In this document: positions 38,558-47,562 of the stretch, one piece after another
Position numbering within the stretch: position 1 is the stretch's first letter
Layout: each line of letters opens with the position of its first letter
NCBI GenBank assembly: GCA_902590705.1
Contig: CACIXU010000003.1
Span: forward strand, 72,574-136,573
DNA: 64,000 nucleotides
DNA from: an uncultured Bacteroidota bacterium
GTDB lineage: Bacteria; Bacteroidota; Bacteroidia; Flavobacteriales; Flavobacteriaceae
Direction: 5' to 3'
Translations under genes and position numbers: made by a program
Notes under the pieces: model-generated
Databases searched by the model: none
What the model was told of the DNA's origin: nothing
Seen by the model: the letters and a program-made list of their open reading frames with translations, nothing else

Positions 38558-39700
38558 CTATGCTCCCCCATCTGAACCATCAAAACTAAAGGTAAGTGAA
38601 AATCTTAGTGTATTTTCCAATGGATTTCTAATTTTTGAAGTAGAAGATAGATAAGAAATATCAATATTTGTATTATTATATTTAAATCCTGCACCAAAAG
38701 TCAAATATCTTCTAGACCCCTTTTCTTCACTTTCGTTGAAATAGCCGGTTCGCAGCGCAAAATTTTCACCAAATTTATACTCAGTTCCCACTGCCCATGT
38801 AATTTCTTTTAATTCTTCCTCGGTCCCATTAGGAGCGTCGCGAAAAGATTCCAAAATTCCCTTAAAAAAACTAACATCTGGCTGACGGTAATAAAGGTTA
38901 TTATTTTCATCGTAAAAAGCTATTGGAGAAGGCACCAAAAGTTTAGAAAATTCAATATTTAATCCTAAAACATTAGATTCGTCGAGAATGATATCAATTC
39001 CACTTCCCACCCTAAGGTTAGTAGGAATGAAATCCTTTTGGCCCCCTTCATCATATTTAAGCCTAGGTCCTATATTAGATATATTAAAGCCAGTTCTAAA
39101 AACCGCGTCTTTATTACCCATTCCAAATGAATTACTTTGATAAAATCCCGCAATATCAACGCCAAGAGTATTAGCTGAAGTGGCATCCATATCTACATTT
39201 ATCTTTAAATCAGACCTTATGTATCTTCCAGCTACAGACATAGAAAACTTTTCACTCAATTTAAGAGAATAGGAAATATCAAGAGTAATCTCATTTGGTC
39301 TCTTAGAACCCTGATCAATAATAGTGCCAGCAATACTTTCATTAAACTGAATATTTCCTAAACTAAAGTACTTTAGACTAGTAGCCCATGCACTCCTCTC
39401 ATTTGTTTTTTTAAAATAAGTAAGGCTTCCTAAAAAAATGTCATCTACCAATTGCCTTAAATAAGGAGTGTAGCTTAAACCCAACCCATTTTCACTTTCA
39501 ATAAAAGCATATTTAGCAGGATTCCACTGCTGTGCATAAGCATCTGGAGAGGTTGCGACGCCAAGTTCACCCATTCCCCCAGCTCTTGCATCAGGTGTAA
39601 TTAATAAAAAAGGAACGCCAGTAGTAATTACTCGTTCTTGTGCATTAACAGTAAGGAAATTAACTGATATTAAAAAAAAATAGATAATCGAAATCCTCAT
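38558..39700 (-). CDS. porV: T9SS outer-membrane beta-barrel protein PorV
   Basis: Signal peptide followed by TTGVPFLLITPDARAGGMGELGVATSPD, which I recognise as the PorV/LptO N-terminal signature, and beta-barrel-like alternating sequence. It is divergent from gldJ. Start trimmed to the ATG at 39700. Confidence 0.75.
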   Translation of the reverse strand: MRISIIYFFLISVNFLTVNAQERVITTGVPFLLITPDARAGGMGELGVATSPDAYAQQWNPAKYAFIESENGLGLSYTPYLRQLVDDIFLGSLTYFKKTNERSAWATSLKYFSLGNIQFNESIAGTIIDQGSKRPNEITLDISYSLKLSEKFSMSVAGRYIRSDLKINVDMDATSANTLGVDIAGFYQSNSFGMGNKDAVFRTGFNISNIGPRLKYDEGGQKDFIPTNLRVGSGIDIILDESNVLGLNIEFSKLLVPSPIAFYDENNNLYYRQPDVSFFKGILESFRDAPNGTEEELKEITWAVGTEYKFGENFALRTGYFNESEEKGSRRYLTFGAGFKYNNTNIDISYLSSTSKIRNPLENTLRFSLTFSFDGSDGGA

Positions 39701-39923
39701 AAAACAATAGTTACAAATAGACAACGAAGATATTCTTTTAATGTTGTGTCAGAGTAAACAAGTTATTAACAGACTATTTGATCTTTTTTGCTAGAATTAT
39801 CATAATAAATCATTTTTTACAACGTTATAAGGTTGGTGTTTGTGAAACAAAATGATTGTAAGTATAAAATTAAAAACACAGATTATTAGTATATTGCAAT
39901 AAAATTAAAGACATATTGTCCTT

Positions 39924-41624
39924 ATGAAAATTAATTTTTTACAAAAAAACGTTCTACTTCTTGCATTTTCATCGCTTATTTTATCCTGTGGCGGAAGAAA
40001 TAATGTATCACGCGCAACTGGTTGGGGAATTAACTCTAAACAAGGTGGCTTTCAATACAACGTAGATTTTGACGACCAAGAGACGGGACCTGGATTAGTT
40101 TTTGTTGAAGGTGGCACATACACTAAAGGCCAAGTTCAAGACGATGTATTACACGATTGGAACAATTCTCCTACCCAACAACATGTCATGTCTTTTTATA
40201 TTGACGAAACGGAGGTCACTAATTTGATGTACATGGAATATTTAGATTGGCTAGAAACTGTTTTTCCTCTAAGTAACGAAGATTATCGGCAAATATATAA
40301 AGGAGCTCTTCCAGACACATTAGTTTGGAGAAATACTTTGGGCTACATGGAAGAATTAACTTCCAACTATTTGAGACACCCTGCATATGCTGAATATCCA
40401 GTAGTTGGAGTTAATTGGCTTCAGGCAGTCCAGTTTGCTGAATGGAGGACTAACCGAGTCAATGAATTCCTTTTGGAAAGAGAAGCCTACATTCAAAAAG
40501 ATGTAAGATATAGTGAAGCAGATGGGGGTATTGTCAATTCTAATAGCACTTTTAGTACGGATGCATACCTTAAAAGACCAAAAACTGCTTATGGTGGGTT
40601 GATGGCCTCAGATAGCTTAATGGGTAAAAGAGGAACAATGAAAAAAGATACCGCAACCATTAACGTATATGCAGGTGTTGAAAAAGGACTATTGCAACCC
40701 TCATACCGACTCCCTACTGAAACTGAGTGGGAATATGCAGCTATTGCACTTGTTGGTGACAGAGAATACAATACATATCGCGGAAAGAAAAAATATCCTT
40801 GGTCAGGTGAATACACCAGGTCTGATGAAAGAAGAAGTGAAGGAGATCAACTTGCAAATTTTAAGTTTGGTAGAGGAGACTATGGAGGTATAGCTGGATG
40901 GTCAGATGACGGAGGAGATATTACTGTTCAGGTAAAAAGTTATCCCCCCAATGATTTCGGAGTTTATGACATGGCTGGCAATGTAGCTGAGTGGGTTTCT
41001 GACGTTTATAGACCTATTATTGACGATGAAGCAAACGATTTTAATTATTTCAGAGGTAATATTTATTTGAAAAATGCAATTGGTGAAGATGGTACCGCAA
41101 CTATTATATCTCCAGATGAATTAGTTTATGATACATTGCCTAATGGTAGGGTTCTCCTTAAGAGACTACCCGGTCAATTAGAACAAGTTCCTATAGATGA
41201 GGAGGATACTTTTTTAAGACAAAATTTTTCTGAAAGTGATAATCGAAATTTTCGTGACGGAGACATAGAATCAACACGATTATATGAAATTGACAAAAAT
41301 TCTATTGTAGATGATACTGATAGCAGACCAGAATCAACCTTGATGTATGATGCCCCAAACCACCCCAAAATGACTAAAGATCAAGATGGTAAAATAAATA
41401 GGAATATTGATGATGCTAACAGTAGAACATCACTAATTACAGATGAGGTCAGGGTTTACAAAGGTGGTTCATGGAAAGATCGTGCTTATTGGTTAGATCC
41501 CGCACAAAGAAGATATCTTCCTCAGTATATTGCAACTGATTACATCGGCTTTCGCTGCGCCATGTCCCGTTTAGGTCAAAAAAGTAAAATTAAGAAAACC
41601 GCAAGACACAAACGCGGCAGATAA
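39924..41624 (+). CDS. gldJ: Gliding-motility lipoprotein GldJ (FGE/SUMF1-like domain)
   Basis: Lipobox ILSCGG and FGE-sulfatase-domain motifs (RLPTETEWEYAA, YDMAGNVAEWVSD, KGGSWKD, IGFRC); 566 aa. The porV and murF neighbours match F. johnsoniae. Confidence 0.85.
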   Translation: MKINFLQKNVLLLAFSSLILSCGGRNNVSRATGWGINSKQGGFQYNVDFDDQETGPGLVFVEGGTYTKGQVQDDVLHDWNNSPTQQHVMSFYIDETEVTNLMYMEYLDWLETVFPLSNEDYRQIYKGALPDTLVWRNTLGYMEELTSNYLRHPAYAEYPVVGVNWLQAVQFAEWRTNRVNEFLLEREAYIQKDVRYSEADGGIVNSNSTFSTDAYLKRPKTAYGGLMASDSLMGKRGTMKKDTATINVYAGVEKGLLQPSYRLPTETEWEYAAIALVGDREYNTYRGKKKYPWSGEYTRSDERRSEGDQLANFKFGRGDYGGIAGWSDDGGDITVQVKSYPPNDFGVYDMAGNVAEWVSDVYRPIIDDEANDFNYFRGNIYLKNAIGEDGTATIISPDELVYDTLPNGRVLLKRLPGQLEQVPIDEEDTFLRQNFSESDNRNFRDGDIESTRLYEIDKNSIVDDTDSRPESTLMYDAPNHPKMTKDQDGKINRNIDDANSRTSLITDEVRVYKGGSWKDRAYWLDPAQRRYLPQYIATDYIGFRCAMSRLGQKSKIKKTARHKRGR

Positions 41625-41631
41625 TCTAATG

Positions 41632-41659
41632 AAGGCATCTTAACGATGCCTTTTTTTTA
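41632..41659 (+). terminator. Intrinsic terminator after gldJ
   Basis: AAGGCATC-ttaac-GATGCCTT stem-loop followed by a T8-9 run. It ends 2 nt before the murF ATG. Confidence 0.75.
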
Positions 41660-41661
41660 TT

Positions 41662-42948
41662 ATGAATCCAGCAGAGCTCCATGAATATTTTAAAATTACT
41701 TCGGGAGTAAAAACAGATAGTAGGCTCATTAAACATGACTGTTTATTCTTTGCTCTAAAAGGACACAACTTCGATGGAAATGAATTTGCAATTGAAGCTC
41801 TTAAAAAAGGTGCAAAATTTGCTGTAGTAGATAGATCAAGTATCGCCAAAAAAAGCAATAAATTAATTCTAGTTGAGGATAGTTTACAAGCGCTTCAGGA
41901 ACTTGCAAAACACCACAGAAAAAAATTAGGTACTAAAATTATTGCCCTCACAGGAAGTAATGGAAAAACAACAACAAAAGAATTAATACTTAGTGTTCTT
42001 TCCCAAAAATATGATACAAAAGGGACCTTTGGAAACCTTAATAACCAAATTGGCGTTCCTCTTACTTTATTGCAATTCGATGAAAACACTGAAATTGGAG
42101 TTGTTGAAATGGGTGCAAATCACGTTGGAGAAATTGATTTTTTAACTAAAATGATTGATCCTAACTTTGGATTGATAACAAATTTCGGACAAGCCCACTT
42201 GGAAGGTTTTGGAGGTTTTAGAGGAATCATTAAAGGAAAATCTGAATTATTCGAATACTTACTTGACAAGTCTGGAACATGTTTTTTAAATATAGATGAT
42301 CCCCTTCAGAGAATATGGAGAAATAAATTGAACTCTTATACATTTGGCCAGGATAAGGATGCAAACTGTCGGATAAATTATATTAGGGAAAAGTTTGAGC
42401 CCTTAAGTATTAGTTTTGAAAACAAGACCATAAAAAGTCAAATTTATGGTGATTATAATTTTAGTAATATTTCCACTGCAATTGCTGTTGGAAGATATTT
42501 TAAATTGAGCTTTGATGAGATAAAAAAAGGAATTACCTCTTTTTTACCCTCTAATAACAGATCTCAAATTATTATAAAAGGTAGTAATCGTATCACTCTG
42601 GATGCATACAATGCTAATCCTTCAAGTATGAAAGCTTCTATTTCTTATTTTTGTTCGCAAAAACAAAAGAAATCAGTTGTTATTTTGGGGGATATGTTAG
42701 AGTTAGGGAAGTATGCAGTAATTGCCCACCAATCTGTAATTCAACAAATAACCGATTCTGACATAGATGAGATTTTAACAATCGGGGAACGTTTTTTGGA
42801 AACTAAATCTAAGGATCGAAGACTAAAAAAATTCAAGACAATTACTGAAGCTGAAAAATACATTTCAGAAAAGAGCTACATCGATAGAGATTTTTTAATA
42901 AAGGGTTCAAGAGGGATTGCGCTTGAGCGTCTAATAGAATTCCTTTAA
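41662..42948 (+). CDS. murF: UDP-N-acetylmuramoyl-tripeptide--D-alanyl-D-alanine ligase
   Basis: P-loop GSNGKTTTKE; 428 aa with Mur-ligase architecture. Confidence 0.9.
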   Translation: MNPAELHEYFKITSGVKTDSRLIKHDCLFFALKGHNFDGNEFAIEALKKGAKFAVVDRSSIAKKSNKLILVEDSLQALQELAKHHRKKLGTKIIALTGSNGKTTTKELILSVLSQKYDTKGTFGNLNNQIGVPLTLLQFDENTEIGVVEMGANHVGEIDFLTKMIDPNFGLITNFGQAHLEGFGGFRGIIKGKSELFEYLLDKSGTCFLNIDDPLQRIWRNKLNSYTFGQDKDANCRINYIREKFEPLSISFENKTIKSQIYGDYNFSNISTAIAVGRYFKLSFDEIKKGITSFLPSNNRSQIIIKGSNRITLDAYNANPSSMKASISYFCSQKQKKSVVILGDMLELGKYAVIAHQSVIQQITDSDIDEILTIGERFLETKSKDRRLKKFKTITEAEKYISEKSYIDRDFLIKGSRGIALERLIEFL

Positions 42949-42949
42949 C

Positions 42950-44875
42950 TTACTTAAGGCCAGCCCCTTCAATAATTTCTTCTACTACCTCAGGATTAAG
43001 TAAAGTTGATATATCTCCAATATTAGATAAATCTTTACTTGCAACCTTCCTTAGGATTCTTCGCATGATTTTTCCAGATCTGGTTTTGGGCAAACCCGAA
43101 ACAATTTGAACATGTTCCGGTTTTGCAATAGGCCCAATTATTTTTCTTACTAGTTGTTTAATTTCATCTTGTAAAATCTCATTTGATTTCTTTGAGTTAT
43201 CACAAATAGCAAAAGCATATATACCTTGACCTTTTATTTCATGCGGAAAACCTACAACAGCCGATTCAATAACATCAGAATGTTCATCGATTGCATTTTC
43301 AACCTCAGCTGTTCCCATTCGATGACCTGATACATTAATTACATCGTCAACTCTTCCTAATATCCTAAGATAACCATCATGATCCCTTTTGACTCCATCA
43401 CCAGTAAAATACATACCTTTATAAGTAGAGAAATAGGTTTCTTTACAACGTTTATGGTCTCCATAAGTCGTTCTTATCATAGATGGCCAGGGAAATTTAA
43501 TGCAAAGGTTTCCTTCTACATTATTCCCAATCAGTTCTTTTCCATCAGTATCAAGTATTACTGGCTGAACTCCAGGAAGAGGAAGGGAAGCATGGGCGGG
43601 TTTATTTGGAGTGATTCCAGCCAAGGGTGAAATCATGATTCCACCTGTTTCAGTTTGCCACCAAGTATCTACCAAAGGGCATCTCCCCTTTCCAATGTGT
43701 TCATGATACCAATGCCAAGCCTCCTCATTTATCGGCTCCCCAACAGAACCAATTACTTTCAAAGAACTTAAATCAAATTTATCTACGTGATCGCTCCCAT
43801 GAACTTGAAGTGCTCTTATTGCGGTAGGTGCAGTATAAAATTGATTAACTTTAAATTTTTCTATAATTTCCCAAAACCGCCCTGGGTGCGGATAAGTTGG
43901 AGTCCCTTCAAACATTAATGTAGTCGCTCCTGCTAACAATGGTCCATAAACGATGTAAGAATGACCGGTAATCCATCCAATATCTGCAGTACACCAGTAA
44001 ATGTCATCTTCCTGATATTGGAAAACATTTACAAAAGAATAATAGGTGTAGATCATGTATCCAGCATTGGAGTGAACAACCCCTTTGGGCTTTCCAGTTG
44101 AACCTGACGTGTATAAAATGAACAATAAATCTTCAGAGTCCATCTCCTCCGCTATATTATCCTCAGATTGCCCTTCAAGAGCTTCTTTCCACCAAAGATC
44201 TCTCCCGGAATGCATTTTCACATTTTGTCCAGTTCGTTTAAGTACAATTACCTTTTCTACTGTATCAGTTTTAGTAATAGCCTCATCAACTACTGATTTT
44301 ACTGGAATTTTTTTATTTCCTCTAAAATTTCCATCTGAAGTTAATACCATTTTTGCTTGACAATCATTAATACGATCTGCCAATGCTGAAGCAGAAAATC
44401 CAGCAAATACAACAGAGTGAATTGCACCAATTCTGGCACAAGCAAGCATAGCTACTGCAGCTTCTGGAACCATAGGCATATAAATAATTACACGGTCTCC
44501 TTTTTGAATTCCCTGAGCTTTCATAGCATTGGCGAACTTACAAGTATATTTGTAAAGCTCGCCATAACTTATACGAATCGAAGATATTTCGGGGTCATTT
44601 GGCTCCCAAATAATTGCAGTTTTATTTCTATGGGTAGAAAGTAACCTTTCAAATATGTTTTCAGTTAAATTTAGTTTTGCATTTTTAAACCACTCGAGTT
44701 TCGGGGTATCAAAATTCCAATCTAAGGTTTTTTCCCACCTCTTTCTCCAATAGAAACTATTGGCGATATTCTCCCAAAATTGATCAGGCTGAATTATACT
44801 CTTATTATAATCATTAGTATACTCAAGTAGGTTTTTTATTTGGTGATCCATTTGGTGAAATATTTCCGTAAACAT
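42950..44875 (-). CDS. acs: Acetyl-CoA synthetase
   Basis: AMP-binding motif YTSGSTGKPKG and the C-terminal PKTRSGKIMRR motif; 641 aa. An alternative start is the ATG at 44851. Confidence 0.9.
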   Translation of the reverse strand: MFTEIFHQMDHQIKNLLEYTNDYNKSIIQPDQFWENIANSFYWRKRWEKTLDWNFDTPKLEWFKNAKLNLTENIFERLLSTHRNKTAIIWEPNDPEISSIRISYGELYKYTCKFANAMKAQGIQKGDRVIIYMPMVPEAAVAMLACARIGAIHSVVFAGFSASALADRINDCQAKMVLTSDGNFRGNKKIPVKSVVDEAITKTDTVEKVIVLKRTGQNVKMHSGRDLWWKEALEGQSEDNIAEEMDSEDLLFILYTSGSTGKPKGVVHSNAGYMIYTYYSFVNVFQYQEDDIYWCTADIGWITGHSYIVYGPLLAGATTLMFEGTPTYPHPGRFWEIIEKFKVNQFYTAPTAIRALQVHGSDHVDKFDLSSLKVIGSVGEPINEEAWHWYHEHIGKGRCPLVDTWWQTETGGIMISPLAGITPNKPAHASLPLPGVQPVILDTDGKELIGNNVEGNLCIKFPWPSMIRTTYGDHKRCKETYFSTYKGMYFTGDGVKRDHDGYLRILGRVDDVINVSGHRMGTAEVENAIDEHSDVIESAVVGFPHEIKGQGIYAFAICDNSKKSNEILQDEIKQLVRKIIGPIAKPEHVQIVSGLPKTRSGKIMRRILRKVASKDLSNIGDISTLLNPEVVEEIIEGAGLK

Positions 44876-45022
44876 AAGCTTTCATTACATTTATTCAAAA
44901 TAAATAATACTTGTTAATGTTTTATAATATTGATTTAAAGTGGATTAAGTTTTATTTTTTGAAAAAAATTTTACTACATTTACATTAACCGAACTTTAAT
45001 AAATTAAGAATATTTTTACTTT

Positions 45023-45244
45023 ATGGAAATTTTAGTTGTTTTGATTTTTTTAGCCTTGCTTTTTGGAGGGGTTTACTGGTACGCTGGTTATTCAACTCGT
45101 TCTGGGTTTGCTAAGGATGAAAATCAAAATTTTATCCCCGATGCTTGGGAAGAAAAATACAGTTGGTTTTTCTCAGGAAAAGGCATCATCATGCTGGTTC
45201 TTGGCATAGCAATTGGTTTTACATTTGCTAATGTCATAGGATAA
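45023..45244 (+). CDS. Small two-TM membrane protein, function unknown
   Basis: 73 aa with hydrophobic segments at both ends. There is no competing ORF. Confidence 0.5.
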   Translation: MEILVVLIFLALLFGGVYWYAGYSTRSGFAKDENQNFIPDAWEEKYSWFFSGKGIIMLVLGIAIGFTFANVIG

Positions 45245-45325
45245 TCATAAAAACACCTGTTTATTCTGGTTAAAATTAAAAGCCTACTAAAAGGTTTTTA
45301 TTTGTAAATCTTGAATGAAATTTGA

Positions 45326-46216
45326 ATGAAGCAACTCTTAATACTTTTCCTTGCTTTTAATATTTCCTGTACCAATAAAAATCTTTCAGTAGATACCAAT
45401 GAATCTACATTAAAATCAGGTTTTTTTGAAATAGTTCAAAAATGGTCTCAACAGCCCAATGGTTATGCTAGAAAAATATATGTAAAATTTCCTGATAATG
45501 AACTTGAGAAATATCCTGCTGTAATCGTTTTACACGGAAATGGAGGTAATGCTAGCACATTTGTAAATAAATTTAATTATTTAAATAATCACGTAATTAT
45601 CGCTCCTCAAGGTTATCAAAAAAGTTGGAATATTAGAAAAGAAAAATCCAAAGCACCGGATATTAATTTTATAGCTGAAATTATTTCCTATTTGAAAAAA
45701 ATGAAAAATATAGATCATGAAAATATATCAATTTTTGGAAGTTCAAATGGATCAGCACTCGTAAATCAATTACTGATTGAATTTAAAGATAAGTCATTTA
45801 AAAAAGCAATCTGTAGAGTTTCGCAATTAAATTCATTTCAATATCATGACAGTAAATTTTGGGCCCAATCTGAAAACAATTTATTTAATACACCATCAAT
45901 CCCTAAGCAAGGAAGGAAAATTCTTTGTCTCGCTGGATCTAATGATAGAATTGCAAATTATTATGGTGGCCAAGGTGTTTTGGGGTATGTTTTTTTAAAT
46001 GCCCAAAATAGTGCTTATATTTTAGCAAAAGCTATGGGATATAGTGGTTTGGAAATAACTGATGATTTGTCTGAAGAAGGACCTGAAAACTTTTTCAAAT
46101 ACAGTTATCTTGATGATCAAGTTGTTCATTATAGGCTGCAAGGAGCTGGTCATGGTTTTCGTGACATGAATGATAATGCAAACCAAATTATTAAAGACTT
46201 TATAGAGCTTGACTAA
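45326..46216 (+). CDS. Secreted esterase (alpha/beta hydrolase, PHB-depolymerase/CE1-like)
   Basis: Lipobox-like NISC, VLHGNGGNA, and the nucleophile elbow GSSNG. Confidence 0.7.
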   Translation: MKQLLILFLAFNISCTNKNLSVDTNESTLKSGFFEIVQKWSQQPNGYARKIYVKFPDNELEKYPAVIVLHGNGGNASTFVNKFNYLNNHVIIAPQGYQKSWNIRKEKSKAPDINFIAEIISYLKKMKNIDHENISIFGSSNGSALVNQLLIEFKDKSFKKAICRVSQLNSFQYHDSKFWAQSENNLFNTPSIPKQGRKILCLAGSNDRIANYYGGQGVLGYVFLNAQNSAYILAKAMGYSGLEITDDLSEEGPENFFKYSYLDDQVVHYRLQGAGHGFRDMNDNANQIIKDFIELD

Positions 46217-46238
46217 ACCTAATTAAAAATCCAGATTT

Positions 46239-47561
46239 ATGATCATTATTAAATCAAAATATTCTTTTTTTACTTGCTTAATGTTTTTTTCATTTTTTAT
46301 TAATGCGCAAAATAAAAAACAACCAAATATAATTTTAATTATGGCAGATGATCTCGGCTATGAGTGTTTAAATTCTTACGGAGGGACATCATATAAAACC
46401 CCTTTTCTAAATAAATTAGCCTCTACTGGAATGCAATTTGAAAATTGTCACTCCCAACCTATTTGTACACCTTCAAGAGTGAGATTAATGACTGGTAGAT
46501 CTAACAAAAAAAATCATATCAAGTTTGGATTTTTAGATACTAAAGAAAAAACTTTTAGTCAAGTTCTTAAAAAAGAAGGTTATGCAACACTTATTGCAGG
46601 AAAATGGCAATTAGGAAAAGACGCGTCTCTACCAAATCATTTTGGTTTTGACGAACATATTCTATGGCAATTAACAACCTCAGGAAGAGACTCTACAGGA
46701 CTAGACAAAAGGTATGTCAATCCAGAATTGGAGATTAATGGTGTGATTTATAACAAAAATAAAGGAAATTATTCTACTGATCTAGTGGTTGATTACATTA
46801 ATGATTTTATAAAAAGAAAAAAGAATAAACCATTTTTAGTCTACTATCCTATGATTCTAACCCATTGTCCTTTTGATCCTACACCTCACTCTGAAGATTG
46901 GGATCCTACCGACCTTGGTTCTAAAACATATAAAGGAAATGCTAAGTATTTTGGGGATATGGTTTCATACATGGATTATTCTATAGGCCGAATCGTAAAT
47001 CAGTTAAATAAATTAAAATTAAGAGAAAATACTTTAATACTATTTACTGGGGACAACGGTACTGATGAGCCCGTTGTTTCAATGATGGATAATATAGCCA
47101 TAGAGGGCGGAAAAGGAAGAACAACCGATAATGGCACTCATGTACCATTAATTGTAAATTGGAAAGGCGTAATAAAACCAAATCAATATTCTAAGTCATT
47201 AGTTGATTTTAGTGACTTTTTCCCAACATTTTGTGAAGTAGCTGGAGTAAGTATTGATTCAGATATAGATTTAGATGGGGTGAGTTTTTATCCTGACCTA
47301 ATTGGTAAAGAAGGCAGAAAGAAAGAATGGATTCACACCTGGTACAATAGAGATGGTGGTTCTAATCCAAAAGAGCAGTCACAAGAGTGGGTTAGAAACG
47401 AGAATTACAAGTTGTATGTTGGAAACCGATTTTATAACATAGTAAAAGATCCAAAGGAAAAAACCCCCCTCAAACAAAAAGATATGACAATTGAAGAAAG
47501 AAAAATTTACAACAGTTTTACTGAAGCTCTTCTTTCATATATATCTTACAGAAGAGAATAA
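46239..47561 (+). CDS. Sulfatase (S1 family, formylglycine-dependent)
   Basis: Signal peptide, metal-site DDLGY, and the CTPSR formylglycine motif in PICTPSRVRLMTGR. Confidence 0.9.
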   Translation: MIIIKSKYSFFTCLMFFSFFINAQNKKQPNIILIMADDLGYECLNSYGGTSYKTPFLNKLASTGMQFENCHSQPICTPSRVRLMTGRSNKKNHIKFGFLDTKEKTFSQVLKKEGYATLIAGKWQLGKDASLPNHFGFDEHILWQLTTSGRDSTGLDKRYVNPELEINGVIYNKNKGNYSTDLVVDYINDFIKRKKNKPFLVYYPMILTHCPFDPTPHSEDWDPTDLGSKTYKGNAKYFGDMVSYMDYSIGRIVNQLNKLKLRENTLILFTGDNGTDEPVVSMMDNIAIEGGKGRTTDNGTHVPLIVNWKGVIKPNQYSKSLVDFSDFFPTFCEVAGVSIDSDIDLDGVSFYPDLIGKEGRKKEWIHTWYNRDGGSNPKEQSQEWVRNENYKLYVGNRFYNIVKDPKEKTPLKQKDMTIEERKIYNSFTEALLSYISYRRE

Positions 47562-47562
47562 T

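Noticed and set aside
47491-47562. Upstream ATG start for the beta-helix protein, overlapping the sulfatase by 71 nt
   Set aside because: The extension (MKKEKFTTVLLKLFFHIYLTEENN) precedes rather than forms the signal peptide. A TTG at 47563, 1 nt after the sulfatase stop, gives a canonical signal peptide. This remains uncertain without N-terminal data.
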